Below are positions 9,100-18,290 of a stretch of DNA of 64,000 nucleotides, one piece after another. The DNA is from a virus. The first letter of the stretch is position 1. Each line of letters starts with the position of its first letter. The translations under genes were made by a program, and so were the position numbers. Location: positions 14,804 through 78,803 of IMG/VR virus record IMGVR_UViG_3300049595_004693. One strand, 5' to 3'. Under the pieces are notes generated by a model. The model worked only from the letters and a program-made list of their open reading frames with translations, was not told the DNA's origin and did not search any database.

Positions 9100-10968
9100 C
9101 TAAATTTCGCATACTCCAGAAACACAAGCTAAATTTTGAGCACCTTCTGTTTGATCTTCTAGCTCATATACTGAAAGCTTTGAGTATTCAATCTCTGGAA
9201 ATTTCTTAGACAATTCGGCATATTGCTTGGCAGTAATCTCTTCATATGGAGCTAATTTATAGATGCCTCCGTCGTAAGGGAGAAAGGAAACTCCGTTGAT
9301 ATATTCCCAGTTAGTATATACCCAATTACCTACTTCAAACCATTCATCATCTTTGACATAGATAGTTGCTGATGCACTATGCTCACACCAGTTGTTTTGA
9401 ATTTTTTTATAATGTTCAAGCTGTTTGATAGCCGACATGTCTTTACGAGTAATGCATCCTTCTGGAGCCTTTACAGGAAACTCAACAACCCAAGTAGTCG
9501 CCGTATCCTCCGATTGACCTACTTCTGGTTTCATGGGCGCACCCTGATCTTTTAGAAGTTTACATAACGGGTCGGTGCTAGAAATACGATAACGACGAAT
9601 ATAGTATTCAGAATATCTAGTATGAAGTCCGCTAGCCGAGTCTACGACCTGCGATACGGTGCCGCTCGGCTTAGTGCAGGTGATCGCGGCCGGCATGTTG
9701 ATGCCTAGCTTTTCAGAAGCGTGTTTAGCCACCTTGATAGCTTTCTTTTTCATGGCTCTTAGAGTTTCGGGGGTTAGGATGTCTGGATTATCCATTTGAC
9801 CCGTGAGACTCACTCCAAGAAGTCGCTCCTCTTCTGAATTGCTCTTCCAAGAATCTCTAAGGTACGGATGATAAGTGAAAGTCGATTGAATGGCTCCAAG
9901 CCAGGTTGCTGTTTCAACTTTATCGAGTAGCGTGTCTAAATCATCCTCAGCTCGTACCACAACCTCCGAAAGGTTGCAGAATTCATTATTGCGAAGTAAA
10001 ATTTCCGAGCAAGGATTTGTTCCTCTGATTAGCTCCGCTTTTCTCCTAGTCGGCGCTTTGTTCCTAGCGCCTTCTAGGTTAAAGATGCCTCGCTCACCGC
10101 TGCCGCTAGAAGCAAGAGCGGACCACTCCCTAAGAAATTCTACGGCGCTTGGCTTTTTGTAGTATATAGCGCTATTGTTGGCCATGTATCTGTGAGCTGG
10201 AAATGGCGGCATTTTGGCTAGCCGCATAGCCTCATCATCTAAGTCTGACAGGGAAATTTGTGATGATCGACGCACTCCTCCGACTACCACAATTTCAGCG
10301 ATTTTATTACAGATATCATGTACTTCTAAAGTAGTTAGTTTTCTACCCTGAGCTTTATCAAATACTTCTTTAATAAACTTATGAAGTCCCATCAGAGGCT
10401 CAGGGCCAGAGGAGCGCCCTCCCATAGTCTTGAGCCTAGCGCCTTTGGGACGCAGAAGGGAATAGTCAAAGTCGAGATTTTTGCCGTCATAGAGAGCGAC
10501 TAAAAGCGCCTTTACACTATCAGCCCAACCCTTTCGATCATCCGTTATTACCATCGTGCCGTTACTTTCTGGCTTAGCAATAGCGACGGACGGTAGTTTA
10601 TCTACAGACTCTTTTGTAACAGAAAATCCGAACCCTGTACCGCACATCAAAATGTATAAACATTCTGAAAACGCGTCAATAGAGTCCATCTCAGCAAATG
10701 AGCAGTTGAAGATGGTGGTGTTGTCCGCTTCCGCTGCGGGTCCGGCTGCCCACATTGCTCGCATAGAAGGCATAACATCGAAGTTAAGAATATAGTTGCG
10801 AGCCTTTTTAATCACTTTAGAAGGCAACTTACCTTCTGTATGCTTTTCGATAAACGCTATATAGCGCTCTACAGTTTCGGGCCACGTTTCTCGCCGACCA
10901 AGCTCGTCAACCCAGCGACTATAAGTACGAGTGTACACGAATTCCGCTGCGCGATTTTTAAAATACAT
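9100..10968 (-). CDS. nrdJ: class II (adenosylcobalamin-dependent) ribonucleoside-triphosphate reductase
   Basis: RTYSR, FNCSF, VVVGGVRRSS, GTNPCSE, KPSGTVSQ, C-terminal ACVSGVCEI. Confidence 0.95.
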   Translation of the reverse strand: MYFKNRAAEFVYTRTYSRWVDELGRRETWPETVERYIAFIEKHTEGKLPSKVIKKARNYILNFDVMPSMRAMWAAGPAAEADNTTIFNCSFAEMDSIDAFSECLYILMCGTGFGFSVTKESVDKLPSVAIAKPESNGTMVITDDRKGWADSVKALLVALYDGKNLDFDYSLLRPKGARLKTMGGRSSGPEPLMGLHKFIKEVFDKAQGRKLTTLEVHDICNKIAEIVVVGGVRRSSQISLSDLDDEAMRLAKMPPFPAHRYMANNSAIYYKKPSAVEFLREWSALASSGSGERGIFNLEGARNKAPTRRKAELIRGTNPCSEILLRNNEFCNLSEVVVRAEDDLDTLLDKVETATWLGAIQSTFTYHPYLRDSWKSNSEEERLLGVSLTGQMDNPDILTPETLRAMKKKAIKVAKHASEKLGINMPAAITCTKPSGTVSQVVDSASGLHTRYSEYYIRRYRISSTDPLCKLLKDQGAPMKPEVGQSEDTATTWVVEFPVKAPEGCITRKDMSAIKQLEHYKKIQNNWCEHSASATIYVKDDEWFEVGNWVYTNWEYINGVSFLPYDGGIYKLAPYEEITAKQYAELSKKFPEIEYSKLSVYELEDQTEGAQNLACVSGVCEI

Positions 10969-10986
10969 GCTGTTTCCTCTCAGGAG

Positions 10987-11394
10987 TTATTTATATTTTT
11001 TAGTTAGTTTGCTTAATTCTTTAAAAAATTTATCTATGAATTTAGGATCGTCTAATCGTTTATCTCCAGCAGAAATATTAGTCAGACGCATAATCATTAT
11101 TTTTTTTGATTTTTTATCAATTTCTTTTTGAGTAGTCTTTATTTTATTAGTGCTGATTTTTTTAGGCATCATTACAAATTCGCTACCATCGAAAAACAAC
11201 GCATATTTAGACTTTAACTGGTTAAAAATAAACCCAGGAAAAATATCTAAATATTTAAAAAAATCACTTATGATATCGTCTTCAATATAAGAGAGACTAA
11301 TTGGCCAATAATTACGCTGACTAAAATGAGTGTCGTCTAACTCTTTAGTTTTAGTCTTAATTAGTTTAGTTAAAATTTTATCGTAGTGCTTCAT
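10987..11394 (-). CDS. AT-rich hypothetical protein with its own promoter
   Basis: 135-aa ORF directly behind a consensus promoter. Confidence 0.65.
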   Translation of the reverse strand: MKHYDKILTKLIKTKTKELDDTHFSQRNYWPISLSYIEDDIISDFFKYLDIFPGFIFNQLKSKYALFFDGSEFVMMPKKISTNKIKTTQKEIDKKSKKIMIMRLTNISAGDKRLDDPKFIDKFFKELSKLTKKYK

Positions 11395-11400
11395 TAGAAT

Positions 11401-11429
11401 AGTATATAAGAGAATAGATTATATGTCAA
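11401..11429 (-). promoter_or_regulatory. sigma70-type promoter, leaderless transcript
   Basis: TTGACA-17 nt-TATACT, then 6 nt, then ATG. Confidence 0.8.
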
Positions 11430-11430
11430 A

Positions 11431-11652
11431 CTACTCCTCATATAGATTAGTGACATCCAGCCATTGAGACATATCCTTAGGCTTGTCATAAGCCGCGGAT
11501 CCAACTACAAATGTTTTACCTAGCGTAGGATGTCCTTCTAGACGATATATAGGAATGAGCCCAACGCACGAATCAGTGACATATAGACATTTAAAATCTA
11601 CGTCTAAGCAGCTAGTGTGTCGGTAGATATGATTAGGTTCCATTACTTCCAA
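11431..11652 (-). CDS. hypothetical protein
   Basis: ORF on the coding strand. Confidence 0.55.
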   Translation of the reverse strand: MEVMEPNHIYRHTSCLDVDFKCLYVTDSCVGLIPIYRLEGHPTLGKTFVVGSAAYDKPKDMSQWLDVTNLYEE

Positions 11653-11777
11653 ATCTCATCAAGCTCATTAAAAAGCTCAGTAACACCTCGGTCCTGCATG
11701 TTCTCTAATTCCAAACGCACATCCTCCGGCCAATTAGGTGAGCATCCTGTAGTCGCCGTGGCTGCATTTCCTGGCCT

Positions 11778-12026
11778 TCAGTTCCGCAATGGTCGCTGTC
11801 TTAAATTTAAAGAAACAGATGCTTTAGTTTTTATAGAGGAGTTGTTCGATTTTTTTATTTTTTCTAATACTACTCTCGCTAAATTAACATCTCCAGCTAA
11901 TGTAACTAAACAGGTTTCTATAGTTTGAGAATTCCAATATTTTTCACCAATAGCTGCATTTTCTTCATAAAATGCAATACTTTCTAAAGCATCTTTCATA
12001 ATTTTAAACTGTTCACTTTTTGTCAT
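11778..12026 (-). CDS. hypothetical protein
   Basis: ORF on the coding strand. Confidence 0.55.
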   Translation of the reverse strand: MTKSEQFKIMKDALESIAFYEENAAIGEKYWNSQTIETCLVTLAGDVNLARVVLEKIKKSNNSSIKTKASVSLNLRQRPLRN

Positions 12027-12048
12027 ATTTATTTATAATTTAAGTTGT

Positions 12049-12585
12049 TTAGGGAAGTTTCCAAATCACATTATTATGTTTAATTTCATCTTTACTCAAA
12101 GATTTTGCGCAAATACCGGGATCTTTAAATAAAATTCTATATTGTGGATATATTAGTAGTTCTCCGCTTGTTGCTTCAATAACATGCATCATTTTCCAAT
12201 GCTCGGGGTCTCTGCTTAGATCATTATTACCAACATAATCAATGGAAAATCTATAATAACCATTTATTATTCTATCTTTTGTGGTTTTTACTGTGCATGG
12301 CATATATCTCAGCAAATCAATAGTAATTATATCTATTTCATTACTTATATTGTCCCACATTACAGATTCAGATAAGCTAATTTTGGGAGCTTCTGAACTA
12401 AAACAGATAGCATGAGGAGGTAATCCAGTATAAAAAACTCCATTTTCAAGTAATACTTGAAATTGTATAGTTTGATTAGAAAGTGCTCTTACCGAAGCTA
12501 ATCTTCCTTCTATAAATTTAAATTTATTGTTATAAATAAATTCTTCTCTTAAAAATATTGTAAGAGGAGGAGTGTTTTTATTCAA
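12049..12585 (-). CDS. hypothetical protein
   Basis: 178-aa AT-rich ORF with AAGGA SD. Confidence 0.7.
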   Translation of the reverse strand: MNKNTPPLTIFLREEFIYNNKFKFIEGRLASVRALSNQTIQFQVLLENGVFYTGLPPHAICFSSEAPKISLSESVMWDNISNEIDIITIDLLRYMPCTVKTTKDRIINGYYRFSIDYVGNNDLSRDPEHWKMMHVIEATSGELLIYPQYRILFKDPGICAKSLSKDEIKHNNVIWKLP

Positions 12586-12675
12586 ATTTTATTTTCCTTA
12601 ACCAATATTATTTTAATTTATTATTTGATCTTATCCTTAATTCTACTAGTCATTTATGTTACTCGTCGCGCTTTA

Positions 12676-12737
12676 TCGTGAGGGCCGGGATTCTTTCCGG
12701 CAGCCTAGGCCCGTCATGTGCTCACGCCGCCTCACGA
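12676..12737. ncRNA. candidate structured RNA (multi-stem, GC-rich island)
   Basis: 8-bp closing stem TCGTGAGG/CCTCACGA enclosing a GCCGG/CCGGC hairpin, in intergenic DNA. Confidence 0.3.
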
Positions 12738-12741
12738 AACT

Positions 12742-12948
12742 TTATTCTTTCAGCTCTTTTACGTCAAACCATTTACTATGTTTCAGTGCATCTTCTAAAT
12801 GTATATCAAAAGGCCAATGCCGTAAACACGCATATGCTCTACGTCGAATATTTTTAGGCACCTTAGGTGTTTTCTTTGGATCTAAAAGATCTAGCAAAAA
12901 CTGCTTTCCATACTGGAGCGCTCGCGTACGCTCGTCAGGCAAGGTCAT
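12742..12948 (-). CDS. BPSL0761-like small protein
   Basis: MTLPDERTRA...FL..L...P...RRRA..CLRHWP pattern. Confidence 0.7.
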   Translation of the reverse strand: MTLPDERTRALQYGKQFLLDLLDPKKTPKVPKNIRRRAYACLRHWPFDIHLEDALKHSKWFDVKELKE

Positions 12949-13067
12949 TTAGCCTCCCAGCAAAGCACCATCTGGCCTTCAATATATTCAAACCAACACA
13001 CATGTTTATCAGACATGTACAGCAACATGCTGTGTGTAGACTCTTCTGGTGGAAAGCGATTAATCAT
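12945..13067 (-). CDS. 40-aa hypothetical protein
   Basis: Manual translation MINRFPPEE...WEAK; ATGA overlap with the next gene. Confidence 0.45.
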   Translation of the reverse strand: MINRFPPEESTHSMLLYMSDKHVCWFEYIEGQMVLCWEAK

Positions 13068-13167
13068 AAATTTGGGGCCTCGTTGTGGGTGTAGGTGAGG
13101 CTAAACCTACAGTCAATCCGTTATAAATCGGCAACCCTAACTTAATTATATTAAATCACACTACTAA

Positions 13168-13641
13168 CTAGAAGTCAACTCCTAAAAGCACCGATCCTGT
13201 TTTATTAGTCTGCACTTGAGCGCCGATGGACAGAGTGTCATTAAGCATTCTTTGGTATTGGGCTCCTCCCACCACTCCGGTATCAGACTCCACTTCAACA
13301 GTGCTTCCTGCCTGTGTAGTAGTTAGTCCTCCTTGATTACCGTGTCCTCCGAGTAACGACACGCGATTTTTCTTACTTGTGGAGCAACTGAGCGTTTTAG
13401 AACGCTCTGTTTTAGTTACTACAAACTGCTGTTTCCTTGGCACCACTTTAAACTTCTCGGCTGGTACCGCAGACTCCACTCCATCGGCTCTGCGAACAAT
13501 AATAACCGCTCCTTTAAGGTGACTAGGAACATCCGTACTAATCACTTTCGTTTCTGTCAAAACCTCCTCACTAACCTTTTCAACACAGTCAGAAGCTAAA
13601 GAAGAAACACTAAACAACATGCTAAAAATAATATATTTCAT
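13168..13641 (-). CDS. exported protein with outer-membrane beta-strand C-terminus
   Basis: Signal peptide (SSLA/SD); alternating C-terminal strands ending LLGVDF. Confidence 0.7.
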   Translation of the reverse strand: MKYIIFSMLFSVSSLASDCVEKVSEEVLTETKVISTDVPSHLKGAVIIVRRADGVESAVPAEKFKVVPRKQQFVVTKTERSKTLSCSTSKKNRVSLLGGHGNQGGLTTTQAGSTVEVESDTGVVGGAQYQRMLNDTLSIGAQVQTNKTGSVLLGVDF

Positions 13642-13649
13642 ATATTTCC

Positions 13650-14531
13650 TTAGTTATTGAGGGCTTGGCCGGTGGTTGCTGAAGGGGTGGATGATACATC
13701 AAGGTTAGCACTTACTGTGACACGACACTGCGCTCCATTGCGATCGGTGGTGACATAGCTACCTGGAGCGAGTAGTGTGAGCCGATCAAGGTGCGGGCCA
13801 CCGTCATATAGTGCCAAAATTTTGCCGTCCGTAAGTCGTAGAAAAATTTCATCATTTGCAAACTCTTGTCCACAAGGATAAATATATCCTTTAATACCAA
13901 TTGCATTAGCTAGTGCGTTTTGTCCTGGTTCGCCCTGCGGTCCTTGCGGACCCGTCGGGCCTACCGCACCGTCTTCGCCGTCATAGATCATTTGGCTAGT
14001 GCTTCCGCAAGTAATACGAGCACCTCCAGAGGCATTAGCGATGCTGCAGCTAGTACCATTTTGGCCATTTACTCCATTATAAACATAAGCTACAGAATTG
14101 CCGCAAGTAATGCGAGCGCCGTTCGACAATTGCTTTACTTTACAATCCTCACCGTCTTCACCGTCATGGATGAATACAGGGAATTGATTTGGGCAGGCCA
14201 GATACACTCCAGAAAAGAAAAGTGAACGATAGGCTTGGCAACTTGCTCCTGCCGGTCCTGTTTGTCCTACAGGCCCTTGAATGCCCTGTGCTCCTTGTGG
14301 GCCTTGAACACCCTGCGGTCCCTGGGCACCGTTTAGAACAACGGAAGATGATCCATCGGTACACGAGATTCGCGCGCCCACCACAGCAAAACTTTCTTCA
14401 TCGAGTTCTGCGGAAACCGAGCAGCTTGTGCCGTCTTTTCCTGGCTCCCCTTTAAAAATTTGAACCACTTCTCGGGCAGGAGAACAACTAATAAAAACCA
14501 AAGAACAAAACAGTAAAATCCAGTTACGCAT
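13650..14531 (-). CDS. collagen-like lipoprotein
   Basis: Lipobox FISC; G-X-Y runs interleaved with C-x-V...GARITC repeats. Confidence 0.85.
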   Translation of the reverse strand: MRNWILLFCSLVFISCSPAREVVQIFKGEPGKDGTSCSVSAELDEESFAVVGARISCTDGSSSVVLNGAQGPQGVQGPQGAQGIQGPVGQTGPAGASCQAYRSLFFSGVYLACPNQFPVFIHDGEDGEDCKVKQLSNGARITCGNSVAYVYNGVNGQNGTSCSIANASGGARITCGSTSQMIYDGEDGAVGPTGPQGPQGEPGQNALANAIGIKGYIYPCGQEFANDEIFLRLTDGKILALYDGGPHLDRLTLLAPGSYVTTDRNGAQCRVTVSANLDVSSTPSATTGQALNN

Positions 14532-14541
14532 TAATACTCCT

Positions 14542-14865
14542 TTAGTTAAGGTAGGCCCTAACAGAATATCCTAATTTTTCTAAAACGTCAACCTCAATTT
14601 CACTCTCTTCTATGGAAAATCCACCCAGATGCATCAATATATCGCGCATTACATTTAAAGCATACACTAAGCGAACGCTTTGCGCCTTCTCATAGGACAG
14701 CCTATCCCGCATCACTCCAATCTGTAAAGCGTCATACCTTCTGAGTCCTTCGGAGAGGTAAAAGCTAACCCGTTCTTTATTCTCAATTAAAAATAAAAGC
14801 ACGTCGTCAGTACGTTGTACGTTTGGGTCAATAGACATCATTTGAATCATTTGTGCTTTTTTCAT
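14542..14865 (-). CDS. hypothetical protein
   Basis: Translationally coupled ORF. Confidence 0.65.
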   Translation of the reverse strand: MKKAQMIQMMSIDPNVQRTDDVLLFLIENKERVSFYLSEGLRRYDALQIGVMRDRLSYEKAQSVRLVYALNVMRDILMHLGGFSIEESEIEVDVLEKLGYSVRAYLN

Positions 14866-15152
14866 TCTAGTTCCACTTCTTCTAGCAGCTCCATATGCTC
14901 TAGATTGATGGAAGTAATCCGGTGAATTGGCACCAACTCAGCGGTGTCCACCTCAATAAAATTACGGCTCGACATAAGAATTTTTTTAATGCATTCCGAG
15001 CTGTGTTTTACGCGCAGAGTAGACATTAAAAAATAATATTCCCCTTTAACAGTTAGTTTACGGGCTCCTCCTTGATATTCAATAGTGGCAATAGATACTC
15101 CTAAATTAACCATCTTGGTTTTTTTAGGTTTCTTTTTAAACCACCCCATCAT
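14862..15152 (-). CDS. hypothetical protein
   Basis: ATGA-coupled ORF. Confidence 0.65.
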   Translation of the reverse strand: MMGWFKKKPKKTKMVNLGVSIATIEYQGGARKLTVKGEYYFLMSTLRVKHSSECIKKILMSSRNFIEVDTAELVPIHRITSINLEHMELLEEVELE

Positions 15153-15367
15153 ATTGCGCCGCTCCCGTCCGGCTTATTAAAATATTCTAACTCGCTGATA
15201 CGCCAATCATCGAAGCGTTTGATTTGCTCGGCTAGTTCTTTTTGCTTATTCATATTGATAATTTCAAGAGCGAGTTCTCCCGAATTAGAATGCACTTTGT
15301 GGGCAAACACGAAGGCCCACTGTCCCATGCTCATACCATCCCACAATGCGCGACTAGGATACAGCAT
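15149..15367 (-). CDS. hypothetical protein
   Basis: ATGA-coupled ORF. Confidence 0.6.
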   Translation of the reverse strand: MLYPSRALWDGMSMGQWAFVFAHKVHSNSGELALEIINMNKQKELAEQIKRFDDWRISELEYFNKPDGSGAI

Positions 15368-15643
15368 TTAATCTTCCCTTTCTGTGCGAACATAATTAGC
15401 TGTCGGTGCTTTAAGTAGCTCAGAGGCTTCGAAGATGCGTTCCTTACTTACGGGCAGCTCCGTAGTTTCGTCCACTAACATCTTGGGGTTGCCCGTGTGA
15501 GGATCATTGCGCCAATAGCCAATGAAAGTGGCAAGTCCATCCTTACCGGGACCAAATAAGTTTTTTACGCCGTATTGTTTACCTTTAACTAACTCCATTC
15601 GTCGTAGCTTCCTTTTTCTGTTCATTTCTCTGAGTGAATTCAT
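15368..15643 (-). CDS. hypothetical protein
   Basis: GAGG SD; abuts the next gene. Confidence 0.65.
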   Translation of the reverse strand: MNSLREMNRKRKLRRMELVKGKQYGVKNLFGPGKDGLATFIGYWRNDPHTGNPKMLVDETTELPVSKERIFEASELLKAPTANYVRTERED

Positions 15644-15870
15644 TATTCTAAAGCCTCTCTCACCATATCAAACAATTTATCTGTTAGCGATTGAAATTGT
15701 GAGTCATTTAAAAGCCTACGATTATTATGCAAGGCCTCCAACAATTCGCGATATTTTTACGCAATAAAAATCGAGCTTGGGACTCTGCGTCGGCATGATC
15801 GCTTGCCACGACTTCAGTACCCAAAGTCAACATAGGGTCTTTTTGATTTCTAAATACCACCCTGTACTTT

Positions 15871-16284
15871 TTAGTAAATTTCATTTTGTTTTCCTACCGT
15901 CCCTTTTATTTTTTCAATAGAAAACCTAGAACGCACCTTTAAATAATAGTCATCTTTGTGTGGTTCCTTTACCTTAGAGCCTCCCGTTCTCCCTCGGTTA
16001 TAGCACACAAGCCAAGTGTAATTTTCTTTATGCTGACACACCTCTCGGTATTTTACAAGCAATTTGATACCTTCGGGAATATTTACTGAAATATTTTTTA
16101 GTGCCTTGGGATCTCCCGAATAATTAACCGGCATAACCTGAAGCACTCCCACCGCACCCTTATTAGATACCGCGTGGGGATCGTATCGGCTCTCTATTGC
16201 CGCCACTGCGCGGACTAGTGCCGGATCTATTCCGGTTAGTCTTGCATGGTATTCTATTAAGGCGTTAATAATAAATTCCATCAT
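15871..16284 (-). CDS. soluble lytic transglycosylase (SLT domain)
   Basis: AVAAIESRYDPHAVSNKGAVGVLQVMP and CYNRG motifs. Confidence 0.92.
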   Translation of the reverse strand: MMEFIINALIEYHARLTGIDPALVRAVAAIESRYDPHAVSNKGAVGVLQVMPVNYSGDPKALKNISVNIPEGIKLLVKYREVCQHKENYTWLVCYNRGRTGGSKVKEPHKDDYYLKVRSRFSIEKIKGTVGKQNEIY

Positions 16285-16601
16285 TCACACCTAAGCCAGC
16301 TATGATGCACTATTGACACAATGTTAGCTTCTAACCCCGGTTCTTGCTCCTCTGTTAGCTCGTTGCACTTATGACAATGCCACCATCGGTCCTGAGGCAA
16401 CGGTTTAGAGCACGCTCTACACTTGCGCTCCCTGCGTTGATAAAGAGGCTTAGAATAAAGCCTAACACACTCGGGGCACGTGTCCCCGTTCTCCCAAACA
16501 TCACCATTAACGTCAAGCGTTTTTTTTGCCTTTGTGCTTTGATTTGAAACGCCTTTTTTGCGACACACTTGGCAATTAAGCAATACCGTTTTGACTCGCA
16601 T
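16281..16601 (-). CDS. Cys-rich Zn-finger protein
   Basis: Four CxxC pairs; likely start ATG 16601. Confidence 0.6.
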   Translation of the reverse strand: MRVKTVLLNCQVCRKKGVSNQSTKAKKTLDVNGDVWENGDTCPECVRLYSKPLYQRRERKCRACSKPLPQDRWWHCHKCNELTEEQEPGLEANIVSIVHHSWLRCE

Positions 16602-16809
16602 GACTAAACTCCTTCCGGTAAATCTCTGAAGCGCCGACGAAAGGCTCTCCATGGTAGGGTCGCCAAAATCCGGCCACGTTAATATAAAATTCCACTATCT
16701 CGCACCTTCCATCGGCCACTAGACCACGGGCTCGAAACTTAGCTTGAAACAATAGATTGAATTCCCTAATGCGCTCCTCGTAATGTTTTGGCTCTATTAG
16801 TCGGATCAT
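16576..16809 (-). CDS. hypothetical protein
   Basis: Coupled ORF. Confidence 0.55.
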   Translation of the reverse strand: MIRLIEPKHYEERIREFNLLFQAKFRARGLVADGRCEIVEFYINVAGFWRPYHGEPFVGASEIYRKEFSHASQNGIA

Positions 16810-17111
16810 TTTAATCCTTTCAAAATTAAGCAGTCAATCGCCCGGATAACATTTTGCTTTGGTGTCTTAGGATCATATCCCATTTTTTGAATGGAAGCAA
16901 GGCTAGCCTCCTCAATTTCTGAGATACTTGCGCCTAAGTTAGCGGTAAACTGTACGCGAAACTCAAATAGCTCTCTATACCTATAATCCCCCATTTCTCG
17001 CACTCCAAGCCATCCTAACGCGCTCTTTTTGCGTCCACTCTGGTAGTCCTCAACGGTCCATCGTGTCTCGGGGATACTTTCGAAGTAGCGTCGTGTCTCA
17101 AGTAGTGTCAT
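16806..17111 (-). CDS. hypothetical protein
   Basis: Coupled ORF. Confidence 0.65.
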   Translation of the reverse strand: MTLLETRRYFESIPETRWTVEDYQSGRKKSALGWLGVREMGDYRYRELFEFRVQFTANLGASISEIEEASLASIQKMGYDPKTPKQNVIRAIDCLILKGLK

Positions 17112-17112
17112 T

Positions 17113-17313
17113 TTAAATCGCTCCCTTTTCTAATGCTCGTTTGATTTTCTCTTGATATTCCGTCATGCGAGACAATTGCTCCGCATCAAGCCGGTGACCA
17201 TGCTGCACTAGTCGCAACAATTCTTTAAAATATTTCCCATTGTGGGCATCAAACACCGCACTAGCCTTACCTATTAGATCAATCAATACCTGCGCATGAT
17301 CTTGTATTTTCAT
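17113..17313 (-). CDS. hypothetical protein
   Basis: GAGG SD. Confidence 0.6.
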   Translation of the reverse strand: MKIQDHAQVLIDLIGKASAVFDAHNGKYFKELLRLVQHGHRLDAEQLSRMTEYQEKIKRALEKGAI

Positions 17314-17381
17314 ATTCGCCTCTCAGTCAAACATTAAATCGTATGTTACAGCGACCACAATAAACAATACTAACAATATCA

Positions 17382-18263
17382 TTATTTTTTACCGTATTGT
17401 GCCAACATATAGTCAGAATAACCCTCATTAGACTCATAGGAATAGCGGTCATAATCGTCCATCACGTCACGACTGCCAAAGGCACGCGCGGCCAATGAAT
17501 CAAGGCTAGTGGTCGCGGTTAAGACTAAAGGTTTAATTTCTTGCTGATACACAATGTCATTACCTTCGAATACCGCGTGTGTGTTATCAAGGATTAGCTC
17601 CGGGTGCTCGACTTTCCACTTCATGTCCTTGGCTACGCGCTCGATGATATCGGTAGTGGTTGCAATAACATATGACCTAATAGTGCGGCACCACGCGATA
17701 TAAAGCGACGCGCGACTATCTCGAATAACGTGCGTCGTGCCTCTCTTGTCTTGAATGATCATCGCATAATAGCCTGTAACATTTTCCTCAATAGCTTCCA
17801 TCCCCCCCTTTTCCCAGTACCTAAGAAGAATTTCTGTATCGCAAGTCGTGGTTAGCTTGGACTTTACTTCGTTAGTAAAGTCTTGCACGACTCCGTTATG
17901 AATTAGCGAAACTTTGTTATTCATGAAGGGGTGGGTGTTCTCGATGGTGACATTATTAGTGCTAAGTCTCCCATGCGCCATGAATGATTTATTGCCTTTT
18001 TGCTTCACCTCTCCGAAGCAATTTCGAGTCTTCTCAATGATTGGTAGCTTGTCGGTGCGCGTATCTTGATTTGTGAATTGCAGAGGTTTCCAGTTGAAAG
18101 GCTTAGTGGTACGCTCACCGCTTATGGTGCCGTCCGATCCTAGAACGGAATAACCAAAACCATCCTTATCACTCAAGGCGCAAACTGCGTCGCGCACGCT
18201 ATTGATAAACTTAGAGTTAACATTCAAATTGCTAGCATCAGTCACCGCGAAAATCTTGCACAT
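17382..18263 (-). CDS. class II (Ntn) glutamine amidotransferase
   Basis: N-terminal Cys2 (MCKIF), DGFG, AHGRLST, NTHPF, HNGVV, CDTE. Confidence 0.92.
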   Translation of the reverse strand: MCKIFAVTDASNLNVNSKFINSVRDAVCALSDKDGFGYSVLGSDGTISGERTTKPFNWKPLQFTNQDTRTDKLPIIEKTRNCFGEVKQKGNKSFMAHGRLSTNNVTIENTHPFMNNKVSLIHNGVVQDFTNEVKSKLTTTCDTEILLRYWEKGGMEAIEENVTGYYAMIIQDKRGTTHVIRDSRASLYIAWCRTIRSYVIATTTDIIERVAKDMKWKVEHPELILDNTHAVFEGNDIVYQQEIKPLVLTATTSLDSLAARAFGSRDVMDDYDRYSYESNEGYSDYMLAQYGKK

Positions 18264-18290
18264 AATAAACTCCTGTTATTGTTATGATTA

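Noticed and set aside
12676-12737. A canonical tRNA gene
   Set aside because: About 61 nt, with no TTC T-loop, no proper anticodon arm and no CCA.
15727-15745. Extra sigma54 box near 15730
   Set aside because: The GG-to-GC spacing is not 10 nt.
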